Of a DNA stretch of 53,549 nt, positions 19,574 to 28,600 are shown one piece after another. The first letter of the stretch is position 1; every line of letters starts with the position of its first letter. The stretch is taken from the NCBI GenBank assembly GCA_049320885.1, contig JBMORA010000056.1, positions 1 to 53,549 on the forward strand, in the 5' to 3' direction. The notes below the pieces were generated by a model. The model worked only from the letters and a program-made list of their open reading frames with translations, ran no database searches and was not told where the DNA came from. Source of the stretch: Thermodesulfobacteriota bacterium. GTDB taxonomy: Bacteria; Desulfobacterota; Desulfobacteria; Desulfobacterales; SURF-7. The position numbers and the translations under genes are program-made.

Positions 19574-20671
19574 ATGCAAAACGATCCGCAGGATACCCTC
19601 AAGATCCTGGTCATAGACGACGAACCCATTGTTCTGGGAGTGGTAAGCGAAGCCTTGTTGCATGCGGGTTTCGACGTTCTGACAGCCTCCGACGGCGAAA
19701 CCGGGATGGAGATTTTCAGACGGGAGGGGCCGGTGATCGTGCTGACGGACATCAATATGCCCGGCATGTCCGGCTTCGACCTCCTGAAAATGATGAAAAA
19801 ACTCTCCCCGGCCGCCCAAATCCTGGTCTTTTCCGGCATGGGAACCACCGGCGACGTCATCGAGGCTCTGCGCCTGGGGGCCTGTGATTATTTATACAAG
19901 CCGCTCACCGTCGAATTCCTGATCCACACCGTGATGCGCTGCATCGAACGGCATGAATTGATCCAGGAGCGAATCAACCGCAACGTCATGCTGGAACAAC
20001 AAGTGGCGGAACGGACAGCGGCCCTCGCGGATACCTTTTACGCCACTGTTCAATCCCTGGGCCGGCTCATCGAGATGCGCGATCCTTACACCTCGGGCCA
20101 CCAGCAACGGGTATCCACTCTGGCGGTGGCCATCGGAATGGAATTGGGCTTGACGAATCGGGAACTCGGCACCCTCCATGTCTCCGGCCTGCTCCATGAT
20201 ATCGGCAAGGCGGCGGTTCCCGCGGAGCTGCTGGTAAAGCCGACCCGGCTAACCCCCATCGAGTTCCAGCTGATCAAGTGCCACCCCCAGGCCGGCTACG
20301 ACGTCCTCAAGGACATACCGTTCACGGATTCGCTGGGAAAAGACGTGGCGGTCATCGTCCAGCAGCATCATGAACACTTGGACGGCAGCGGGTATCCGGG
20401 GAACATCACCGGGGACCGTATCGAACCCGAGGCGAAAATATTGAGCGTCGCCGATGTGCTGGAGGCCATGTCCTCCCATCGCCCCTACCGTCCGGCCCTG
20501 ATAATGGAAAGCGCCAAGAACGAACTCCTGGAGCAGAGCGGGCGCTTTTATTCTCCGGAATGCGTCCGGGCCGCCATACGCCTGATCGAAGAAAATGGCG
20601 ACGACATCGACCGGTTGCTGCGCAAAACGGGTCTGAAGGTGGGGGAAGCATTTTCCGGCAAATCCACCTGA
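19574..20671 (+). CDS. Response regulator REC + HD-GYP c-di-GMP phosphodiesterase (RpfG-like)
   Basis: ILVIDDE, LTDINMP, YLYKP; RDPYTSGH, LLHDIGK, HHEHLDGSGYP, VADVLEAM, HRPYRP. Confidence 0.92.
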   Translation: MQNDPQDTLKILVIDDEPIVLGVVSEALLHAGFDVLTASDGETGMEIFRREGPVIVLTDINMPGMSGFDLLKMMKKLSPAAQILVFSGMGTTGDVIEALRLGACDYLYKPLTVEFLIHTVMRCIERHELIQERINRNVMLEQQVAERTAALADTFYATVQSLGRLIEMRDPYTSGHQQRVSTLAVAIGMELGLTNRELGTLHVSGLLHDIGKAAVPAELLVKPTRLTPIEFQLIKCHPQAGYDVLKDIPFTDSLGKDVAVIVQQHHEHLDGSGYPGNITGDRIEPEAKILSVADVLEAMSSHRPYRPALIMESAKNELLEQSGRFYSPECVRAAIRLIEENGDDIDRLLRKTGLKVGEAFSGKST

Positions 20672-20707
20672 AGGACTATCACGGATTACACGTCACCGGA
20701 ACCGCTT

Positions 20708-21700
20708 TCAGGCCGGGGAAATCTTCTTGGGTATGATCACCGACTCCAGCATGGGTATCGGTTCGAGAAACCACGGCAGCTCGTCCACCCCGACCGTGCG
20801 GTCCGGCATGGGGGCCTTGATCAGGCTCTCGATGCACTTGTCTTTCTGTTCCCAGAGAATGTTGAGCCACTGCTGGAATTTCATGCGGAATTGCTCGTCA
20901 TTGAAATAATCGCCCAGCATCTCGGAAGTGATGGGCAGCGACCTCACCTGGACACGGATGTCCCGGACTTTGCCGCACAGGTAATCCCAGAAGCTTTGCG
21001 GCCCGTCCGGGTAAGCGATGGTGACGTCCACAAAGCGGTGCAGATGTTCTCCCATGGCGGCAAGGGTGAAAGCGATTCCGCCGGCCTTGGGTTTCAGGAG
21101 ATTCCGATGGGGGGACTGCTGTTGACGATGTTTCCTGGCGGTGAAGCGCGTTCCTTCCACGAAATTGATGACGGAAACCGGGATGGTTTTGAATTTTTCG
21201 CAGGCCTTGCGGGTGATTTCCAGGTCCCGTCCCTTCAAATGCGGATTCTTCCGCAGATAGCTCTGGGAATACCGTTTCATGAAGGGATAATCCAGGGCCC
21301 ACCAGGCCTGGCCCATCACCGGAAACCAGAACAATTCCTTCTTCAGGAAAAATTTCAAAAACGGGATCTTGCGATAGAAGATTTTCTGCAGCACCAGGAT
21401 ATCCACCCAGGTTTGATGATTGGCCACCACCAGATACCAGTCGTCGGGCTTCAGGCTTTCCAGACCGTAGACATGCCAGCGGATATTGCAGAACAGACGC
21501 TGGGTCAGGTTGTTGCACCCCACCCAGTTGGTGGCCAGCCAGTCGGTCATGAAGCTGCATATTTTCCGCACCGGTTTGAGGGGCACCAGCCATTTCAGCA
21601 GGGCGAAAAAATAGATCGGGAAAACCCAGAACATGGTGTTGAAGAAATAGATGGAAACGGTGATAATGCCCCGGACATGGTAAAAAAGGGATTTGAACAT
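20708..21700 (-). CDS. Acyltransferase, YihG-like (lysophosphatidic acid acyltransferase family)
   Basis: NHQTWVD (HX4D), LKFFLKKEL, WWALDYPFMKR, NFVEGTRFT, LLKPKAGG. Confidence 0.88.
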   Translation of the reverse strand: MFKSLFYHVRGIITVSIYFFNTMFWVFPIYFFALLKWLVPLKPVRKICSFMTDWLATNWVGCNNLTQRLFCNIRWHVYGLESLKPDDWYLVVANHQTWVDILVLQKIFYRKIPFLKFFLKKELFWFPVMGQAWWALDYPFMKRYSQSYLRKNPHLKGRDLEITRKACEKFKTIPVSVINFVEGTRFTARKHRQQQSPHRNLLKPKAGGIAFTLAAMGEHLHRFVDVTIAYPDGPQSFWDYLCGKVRDIRVQVRSLPITSEMLGDYFNDEQFRMKFQQWLNILWEQKDKCIESLIKAPMPDRTVGVDELPWFLEPIPMLESVIIPKKISPA

Positions 21701-21828
21701 ACGCGAACATCCTCACTGCGGTTTTGGTGACAACACAGGTTGGTATTTCTAGGGCAAAGCGGTGCGGTTTACAAGCCGAAACAGCGGTTTTACAAAAGTT
21801 TTACAATACCGAAAAATGGGATTTTTTT

Positions 21829-22947
21829 TCAGCTTCGGTCCCGGGTGCTTTCCGGCAAGAACAGACTGCCGTCCACCATGCAAATGACGACCAGGCATTC
21901 CAAACCGAAAGGCAGGTAGCCGCCGTATCCCAGCAGCGGCATCTCGAAAATGCGGAACCGGTCCACAAAAGGAATGGCGTATTCCCATTTTGCGAGGCTG
22001 TAAACATTCCACAGCTCCCAGAAAAACCCGCACGCCAGGGCCGCAAAGGCCGGAACCAGGACCCAGCGGAAATCCCCGCGGGAGAGAGGCGAAAAAAGGG
22101 TCGTTCCGCCCCGCAGGGCCTGCAGGGATGTCGCCACCAGCAACGGCGAGACCCACACCAGGGAAAACAGATAGTCCGGGAAGACGCCGATCAGGGCAAG
22201 CCCGCAGGCGGCAAGCGCCAGAATCGCGGCGGCCAGGGCCTTCGGTTTCGCGGCGCGGAGCGGATGAAGGCCGGTGAGGCCGGCGTTCAGCGCCGGAAAG
22301 GTCAGGAGCAGTCGGGAGGTGCCGAGAACCGCCGGCAGGACGGTTGAAAAAGAGAGCGAGGCGAAGACGAAATACCCCAGGGGATCGAAGGTGGCGACTT
22401 CCACATAATACCAATTCTGGACGAACCGGTTCAGATATTCGAAGAACCACCAGAATCCGGCGCTGACCGGAAACAGCAGCAGGTATGTGACCGGCCCGTC
22501 AGTGAGGGGGGAACGGCCGGAACGCTTCCGGCACAGGGCGTTCACCGAAAGGATGTATCCGAGCCAGGGGAGCGTGAAGGTATGTCGCTGAAACGCCGCG
22601 AACCAGGGGAAACGGGTCCAGGCCAGAACCCACCCGGCCAGACAGATCGTCAACCCGGCCCAGCCCCACCAAGGGAAACAAAACTGCCGGGCTGGGGACG
22701 GTTGCGCCATGACCGCATTGCCCCTCCGGACCAACCGGAGCAGAACCAGGACCGCCAGAATTTCCAACAGGGCCGCCAGCAGGAAAGCGCCCCATGAAAA
22801 ATCCGCATGCTCCACATAGCGACTGATGGGAGGAAATTCCAGAAACGGCCCGATGGGTTTACCCGCCGCAGCCACGCCGAATATCGGCAGTCCGACCAGC
22901 ATGACAGCCGTCACCACTAACAAACCCATCCCTTTTCCCATTCCCAT
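21829..22947 (-). CDS. Multi-pass membrane protein of unknown function
   Basis: About 8-9 hydrophobic segments; internal repeat GFWWFFEYLN....WYY / GFFWELWN....KWEY. Start uncertain (22947-22992). Confidence 0.7.
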   Translation of the reverse strand: MGMGKGMGLLVVTAVMLVGLPIFGVAAAGKPIGPFLEFPPISRYVEHADFSWGAFLLAALLEILAVLVLLRLVRRGNAVMAQPSPARQFCFPWWGWAGLTICLAGWVLAWTRFPWFAAFQRHTFTLPWLGYILSVNALCRKRSGRSPLTDGPVTYLLLFPVSAGFWWFFEYLNRFVQNWYYVEVATFDPLGYFVFASLSFSTVLPAVLGTSRLLLTFPALNAGLTGLHPLRAAKPKALAAAILALAACGLALIGVFPDYLFSLVWVSPLLVATSLQALRGGTTLFSPLSRGDFRWVLVPAFAALACGFFWELWNVYSLAKWEYAIPFVDRFRIFEMPLLGYGGYLPFGLECLVVICMVDGSLFLPESTRDRS

Positions 22948-23007
22948 GCGGTCGTCCCGAATCTTCCCTGTTCCATCAGGCCCCGATGCCAATCCGTTTA
23001 CAACAAA

Positions 23008-24219
23008 TCAGTCCGCATTATCAAGCGCCACGGCCTCCTCCAACCGTTCCTGGAAATCCGGTACCGCCGCCAGAATGCGAACCCAGGCGCTCAGCATGGG
23101 GATTCCCACCGGATCGGTGACAAATTTCCGGCTGGCTTTTTTCAGGCAGTCCACAAAGGCCTCGGTGGCTTCGATTTCGGCGTGCCGGTCGTAGGTAAGA
23201 CCGTTCAGCAGCGACAAGGCATGATATTTCTCTATGGCGATCCGGGATTCCTCGATATAGGCGATGGCCAGGGTCCTGAAAAAAGCCTGACTCAGCACCA
23301 TGCCGTCCTGGCTCATCACCCGCAGCATGGCTTCGGCGATGTCGGTGGCCATCCGGATCAGGCCGGTATCGGTTTTTTCCCTGTCGATGGGCCGATGCTT
23401 GTGCTCGTAAGTTTCGGCGATTTCCACCTGGCAGATGCGCCGCGGGGAGGTACGCTGGTAGACTTCGTTCAACAGGGAAACCTCGAGCCCCCATGTGGGG
23501 GATATCCGGATGCTGCGGGCCAGGGAGCAAAGCATGGCGAATTCGCCGGACAAGGCATACCGGAATGATCCCAGATAGGTGAGGAAAGGGCTGTCGCCGG
23601 TGATTCGTCTGAGGGCGTTGATCAGCGGCTGGTAAAAAATCCTGGTCACCCTGCCGAAAAGCCTGTCCGTTGCGCGGGCGTAATACCCCTTGCTGAACTC
23701 AAAGTCCAGCGCCGGATGCACCACCGGATACAAAAGCCGGGCAAGCATCTCCCGATTATAGTTGAGGATGTCGGTATCGTGCAGGGCGATGGCCTCCACA
23801 TCCGGGTCGGCGAGAATATACCCGATGGTCATCCACACCGATCTGCCTTTTCCGGGAACATCCAGTTTGAAATCCCCGCCCCGCAGTTCATCATACAAAC
23901 GTTGCATGCGGGGACCGTCATGCCAGACGATTGCCACCCGCGAAGGCAGCACCGCCATGCGCTTTTTGATTTCGCGGAATCGATCGGAAGAGGCCCTGTC
24001 CAGCGACAGAACGATTCTATCGAGATAACCGACGTTCATGAGTTCATCGATAATGCCGACCATGGATGGAGAATTGAATTCCGATTCCAGGGCGGGAAGC
24101 AGCAACACCATCCTGGTCTTTTTCCGGAAGCGCATCAATTCCTCCTCGATCCGCTCCACCGGACGGTTGCCGATTTTCTGCAATGTCGCGATCATACCCT
24201 GCTGCTGGAAATCCGTCAT
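23008..24219 (-). CDS. gpgS: Glucosyl-3-phosphoglycerate synthase-like glycosyltransferase
   Basis: MTDFQQQGMIATL start, LLPALESE, WHDGPR, GKGRSVW, LHDTDI, FSKGYYAR, GRVTRIF, RYALSGEF, WGLEV, YEHKH; clustered with a HAD-IIB phosphatase. Confidence 0.75.
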   Translation of the reverse strand: MTDFQQQGMIATLQKIGNRPVERIEEELMRFRKKTRMVLLLPALESEFNSPSMVGIIDELMNVGYLDRIVLSLDRASSDRFREIKKRMAVLPSRVAIVWHDGPRMQRLYDELRGGDFKLDVPGKGRSVWMTIGYILADPDVEAIALHDTDILNYNREMLARLLYPVVHPALDFEFSKGYYARATDRLFGRVTRIFYQPLINALRRITGDSPFLTYLGSFRYALSGEFAMLCSLARSIRISPTWGLEVSLLNEVYQRTSPRRICQVEIAETYEHKHRPIDREKTDTGLIRMATDIAEAMLRVMSQDGMVLSQAFFRTLAIAYIEESRIAIEKYHALSLLNGLTYDRHAEIEATEAFVDCLKKASRKFVTDPVGIPMLSAWVRILAAVPDFQERLEEAVALDNAD

Positions 24220-24229
24220 CGCGCACCTC

Positions 24230-25474
24230 CTATTTCCAGATTCCGATCAGGTAGTCCTTGAGTTCTTCAAACGCGAGGGCCTGCTCCTGGAACACTTTTT
24301 CCGCCTCGTCGCCGCTCTTTTCGGCGAGTTCGTTGACCAGGGAGGCGACACGCGCATAATAGAGGGGGATCATGGTGTTCAACACCTTCATCCGCTGGCG
24401 GGTCGTGGAGTGGAAGGCACCGGCGTATCGGTAGACGATGCGCACCCACGCATCGATGGGCATCAGCAGTTCCCGCGGTCCGCCGGCCACCAGCTTGCGG
24501 ATCAGTTCCATGTCCTGTTCATCGATGACCTGATCCCATACACCGCTGAAATTCGCGAATCCCAGCTTGAAGTAATCGAAGAGATCCTCCTGATTGATGG
24601 TGAAGGGGGCGGGCTCTTCCGGCGGGTATTCCCCGATGGACGGGATGTCCCTGGAGCCCCTGACATCCTTCCAGTAGTCGGCGTGCAGCTCCATCAGCTG
24701 GAAAATGGTCCCGACCACCTGACGGTACATGGGGCCCAGATCGGCTGCCGGATCTTTTTCCCCGTGTATTTTTACCCCGAGAGGTGCCTGGCAAAGTTTG
24801 AAATCGCCCACGATGGCCGTGGTCGTCATCCAGATATCCACTCCAAACCGGGCGACGTCGGTTTCCCAGATATCCTCCTGATTGAGATAGTGACGGGCGA
24901 GGTTCAGGGAAACCCCGAAGTCGCCGCCGATGGGTTGACGGATCCGGCAACCGTAGAGGGAGCGAGTCAGATTATAGGCGATGGAATTGGTGATGGTGGC
25001 GTCATGCTTGTACCTGCGGTAATCGGGCGCCACAAAATCATATCCCTGCAAAACCGGGTCCAGCAGGTTCCGGATCCATAGCGGTGAAATGGAAATCAGA
25101 TCCGAGTCGAAAACCGCCAGGGCCTTGGGTTTTAAAAAATTCGCAACTTCAAAAATGGCTCTCAAAGCGGAACCCTTGCCGGGAAGCCCCCGATAAATGG
25201 TGATGATTTTTTCGATATTGAACGATTTGGGATCATAGGAACCGGCCACCTCACGGGTATCATCCGTCGATCCGCCGTCGGAAATCATGATCAGGGCTTT
25301 GGCGTCGTGATAGTAGGTATCGAGTCCCTTGCGGATGGTCTTGATGACATGAAGAATGGACTGGTCACAAAGATAGGCCGGAATGCCGATCAGCAGATCC
25401 GCCTGGCCGAGGCGTTCAATTTTTTCCCGGACATACCCCCTAAGGGCGGTGGAAAAGCGTTGTTGAGAAGACAT
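24230..25474 (-). CDS. Family 2-like glycosyltransferase (glucosylglycerate/mannosylglycerate synthase-like)
   Basis: LLIGIP, SDGGSTD, GKGSALRAIF, DSD, TITNSIAY, IRQPIGGDFG, WETDVARFGVDIWMT. Confidence 0.75.
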   Translation of the reverse strand: MSSQQRFSTALRGYVREKIERLGQADLLIGIPAYLCDQSILHVIKTIRKGLDTYYHDAKALIMISDGGSTDDTREVAGSYDPKSFNIEKIITIYRGLPGKGSALRAIFEVANFLKPKALAVFDSDLISISPLWIRNLLDPVLQGYDFVAPDYRRYKHDATITNSIAYNLTRSLYGCRIRQPIGGDFGVSLNLARHYLNQEDIWETDVARFGVDIWMTTTAIVGDFKLCQAPLGVKIHGEKDPAADLGPMYRQVVGTIFQLMELHADYWKDVRGSRDIPSIGEYPPEEPAPFTINQEDLFDYFKLGFANFSGVWDQVIDEQDMELIRKLVAGGPRELLMPIDAWVRIVYRYAGAFHSTTRQRMKVLNTMIPLYYARVASLVNELAEKSGDEAEKVFQEQALAFEELKDYLIGIWK

Positions 25475-25490
25475 GGCGCCTCCTTTCGCA

Positions 25491-26324
25491 TCAAATGATT
25501 TCGTTGTCGTGATCGAAAATATCGAAGATCACCGCGTTCCATCCCCGGCTGCCCGGAAATGGAGCGCGGACAAGATCCCGAAGGACAAAGTCCTCATGAC
25601 GGCCGAATCGGTTTGGAATCAGCACCGGGATATCCACCTGCTCCAGCATGGAATAATCATTGGGGCTGTCTCCAAGGCCCACGGTTCTTACCGGAACACC
25701 CCATTTGGCGGAAAAAATCCCGGCGACCAGTTTGGTTGCCCGGCCTTTATCGCCGCGGCAATCCGACAGATGATAAAATCTTCCCCCTTTCGTGATCCGG
25801 AAACCGCGCCTGGCGACAACTTCCTCAAGAGCACCCAGCTGATCCTCCTTTTCCAAGACAAACGGCTCGCTGAAATCCCGGATTTTCGCCATGGCTGCTT
25901 TTTCAACGGAAAGATTGGTGCGCGCCGCGACTTCCGCGACGGTCATGTCGCCGAAGCCCCTTACAGCGAACTTTCGCTGCAATTCCTTAAAAAACAAACG
26001 GATGACTCCATAGGATTTCCCCAGTTCCAAGCAAGGCCGCCCGTTTCTGAAATGCACCGGCGTATCGGCCAGCCCAATGAAATCCAAAGGGAAAAAAATG
26101 CCGTTGCCGTTTTCCACGATGAGCGGCCCTGTCAAACCCATATCCCGCTGAATCAGTTCCGCTTCTCCGAAAGTTTTACTGGTGCAGATAATGACGGGTA
26201 TTTCCCGTTTTTGTAACAGATCAAGAGCCGGTCCCGCGTGAACCCAGGAATAATCCCCATGATCCAGCAGTGACCCGTCCAGGTCTGTAAAAATAATCAT
26301 CCGCCGCTCCTCATGCCGTTTCAT
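25491..26324 (-). CDS. Mannosyl/glucosyl-3-phosphoglycerate phosphatase (HAD-IIB)
   Basis: FTDLDGSLL, CTSKT, IVENG, RDFSEPF, GGRFYH, DKG, LGDSPND. Confidence 0.9.
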   Translation of the reverse strand: MKRHEERRMIIFTDLDGSLLDHGDYSWVHAGPALDLLQKREIPVIICTSKTFGEAELIQRDMGLTGPLIVENGNGIFFPLDFIGLADTPVHFRNGRPCLELGKSYGVIRLFFKELQRKFAVRGFGDMTVAEVAARTNLSVEKAAMAKIRDFSEPFVLEKEDQLGALEEVVARRGFRITKGGRFYHLSDCRGDKGRATKLVAGIFSAKWGVPVRTVGLGDSPNDYSMLEQVDIPVLIPNRFGRHEDFVLRDLVRAPFPGSRGWNAVIFDIFDHDNEII

Positions 26325-26722
26325 TGGGGCGTCCTCTATGGATGTTCAGAAATGGATCGCGGGGTTTGACCGGATCTTCTTTGTACGGGGCGCAGGGGAT
26401 ATTGTCAACCCTCAAGGGAAATTCTGGCCGGCGGTTTTTCCGCTATCGGAAACAAATCCATTGATTTTCAGAGGGATTTCTTTTAGTATGCGTGATACGG
26501 ATGCCTCGCTTTCCAAGCCAGGCAAGATACGATCGCCCGGAAGGCATCCGGAAGAACAGAAACGGGAATGCCCGGCCGCCGGGCAGGAACCTTCGAGCGA
26601 CCACTCATTCATTGCTTTGATTATTCTTTAATAGAAATCCCTGACGAATCCAAACGAAGGCCTTGACGAACGATGGTCCCGGCAATCCGGACCGCCCTCC
26701 CGGGAAAGGAATTCGAACGAAT

Positions 26723-27094
26723 ATGGATGGGCATATCGAAACCGGCCACTCCGGCCTGGAATTGAACGAAGCGCTGGATCGGGCGATGGGGGACGGCGCT
26801 TTTCTACGCACCCTCCTGGAAGACTATTTCCAGAAGCTGCCCGGTATCATGGAATCCCTGGACACTGCCGTGAGGGAAGGCGACACCCCGCGGCTGAAAC
26901 AAACGGCTCATTCGCTGAAAGGAATGTCGGCGAATCTCGGCTGCGCTCTCATCCAGCAGCTTGTCATGCGTCTCGAAGCCGCCGCCCAAAATTCAGAACC
27001 GCGGGTCTGCATCGAACTACTAGGTGAGCTGGACGAAGCGATCCGTCGGACCCGGAAATTGGTCGATGAAATCGACTGGTCCGTCTATGACTGA
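26723..27094 (+). CDS. Stand-alone Hpt (histidine phosphotransfer) protein
   Basis: ALDRAMGD..FL..LL..Y and AHSLKGMSANLG; ATG 26723. Confidence 0.88.
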   Translation: MDGHIETGHSGLELNEALDRAMGDGAFLRTLLEDYFQKLPGIMESLDTAVREGDTPRLKQTAHSLKGMSANLGCALIQQLVMRLEAAAQNSEPRVCIELLGELDEAIRRTRKLVDEIDWSVYD

Positions 27095-27104
27095 AGGAGC
27101 GGCC

Positions 27105-28538
27105 ATGAAATCCATGAACTTACCGGCGCACAAAGTCTATAAGCCTTCATCCGTCAAGGATGATCAGCGCTGCCTTTGCAGAATACCGGTCCGGGACAAT
27201 GAAGGCATCACCGCGGCTGCGCGCATCCCCTCCCTGAAGGATCCGCTCCTTTTCAATGTCGCCGATATCTCTTCCATGGGCGTGTGCGTCGAATCCGAGG
27301 ATCCCGTCACCCATGGCGTTCAGCCGGGCGATATCCTCGATCTGTCGTTGGCCTGCCGTGATGAGCACTTTCGATTCGAATGCCTTGTCCGTCACCTGGC
27401 CCCGCTGGAAAACAACCGGATACGATTGGGCCTGTCCCGAAGGAACGCATCCGCCGCCAGGCCGGCGCCGGACTCTCCGTTCGACAGGATCTCGTTGATC
27501 GCCAGCTGCCGTCATCCGTATTACTACAATGAAAACGTGGTGCTGCGGATAACCTCCCTGTCCCGGAAAGACTGCATGGTGGAATGCGAGGACCCCGAAT
27601 TCCTGCTTTTCCCTGCCATGCCGATCACCCTCTCCCTGCATCTGCTGCCCCCCGATGAGGGTGATATCACCGGCCGGGTGACCTGGATGGAAATACCGGA
27701 AAAAGGCAAAACGCGCTTCGGCGTGGCCATCCGGCAGTTGCCGCAACGGATCCAGGGCATCATCGCCGGGCACCTGTTTCATCTGCACGACTGGAAACCC
27801 CGGGAACTCCGGGAACTCGGTCTGAACTTCAAGGGCTACCGGCCCCTGATCAAGTTCCGCTCCATGCGGACCCATGACGAATACCTGGAGGTTCTCAGAT
27901 TACGACGGATCGCTTATACAAGCGTCGGTAAAATTCAACCTACCGCCACCGACGCGGATCTGGCTTCGGATCTGGATCGGAAAAGCCGCATCCTCACCGC
28001 CTATCATCACAACACCATGGTAGGCACGGTAAGCCTGCTGTTTCCGGATCATGAAAAAATGACCCTGGATACGGAAAAAACGTTCATGGGCGGTTTTCCC
28101 AAGCCGCTACCGTCGAAAAAAAGCCTGATCGAAATCGCCCGGCTCTGCATCACGCCGGACTACCGGGCCACGGACATCCTGTTCGGCCTGTTCGAACAGA
28201 TTTACATGATCCTGATCACCTCCGGACGCGAGTATCTGCTTTCCTCCACGGATGACCACATGTGGACCCTTTACAAACGGATGGGATTCAAAAAAACCGG
28301 CATGTCCTATGAACATCCGCTGCTCAACGGCCTGCCCCATCATGTCATGATCCTTCATAAAAACAGCCTGCTGTTCGGCATGGGCATCTCACCGTTCGTC
28401 TGGCTGAAGTTTTTCCGGAACATGACGGATCATCTGCGGTCCATGGGAGCGATTCGACTCAACACCTACCAGAAAAGCAGAATCCTGCTGAACAAAATCC
28501 TGGACTCGGCGATTCGCGGGCATTCAGTCTTGAAATAG
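27105..28538 (+). CDS. PilZ - PilZ-like - GNAT acyltransferase (LuxI/FeeM N-acyl-amide synthase-like)
   Basis: AAGGAG RBS. PilZ motifs RCLCR (RxxxR) and DISSMG (DxSxxG), then a second degenerate PilZ barrel. GNAT part: EVLRLRRIAY, MVGTVSL, IEIARLCITPDYR, LYKRMGF. Confidence 0.75.
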   Translation: MKSMNLPAHKVYKPSSVKDDQRCLCRIPVRDNEGITAAARIPSLKDPLLFNVADISSMGVCVESEDPVTHGVQPGDILDLSLACRDEHFRFECLVRHLAPLENNRIRLGLSRRNASAARPAPDSPFDRISLIASCRHPYYYNENVVLRITSLSRKDCMVECEDPEFLLFPAMPITLSLHLLPPDEGDITGRVTWMEIPEKGKTRFGVAIRQLPQRIQGIIAGHLFHLHDWKPRELRELGLNFKGYRPLIKFRSMRTHDEYLEVLRLRRIAYTSVGKIQPTATDADLASDLDRKSRILTAYHHNTMVGTVSLLFPDHEKMTLDTEKTFMGGFPKPLPSKKSLIEIARLCITPDYRATDILFGLFEQIYMILITSGREYLLSSTDDHMWTLYKRMGFKKTGMSYEHPLLNGLPHHVMILHKNSLLFGMGISPFVWLKFFRNMTDHLRSMGAIRLNTYQKSRILLNKILDSAIRGHSVLK

Positions 28539-28600
28539 GAGCACGGAATGCAATTGGAAGGCGGAATCCGGACATCGGAAAACAGTAGTCGGGAGAGGCG

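Noticed and set aside
26325..26722. c-di-GMP riboswitch or ncRNA upstream of the Hpt operon
   Set aside because: Only a GC hairpin (TGCCCGGC-C-GCCGGGCA, 26569-26585); GEMM consensus elements were not found by eye.
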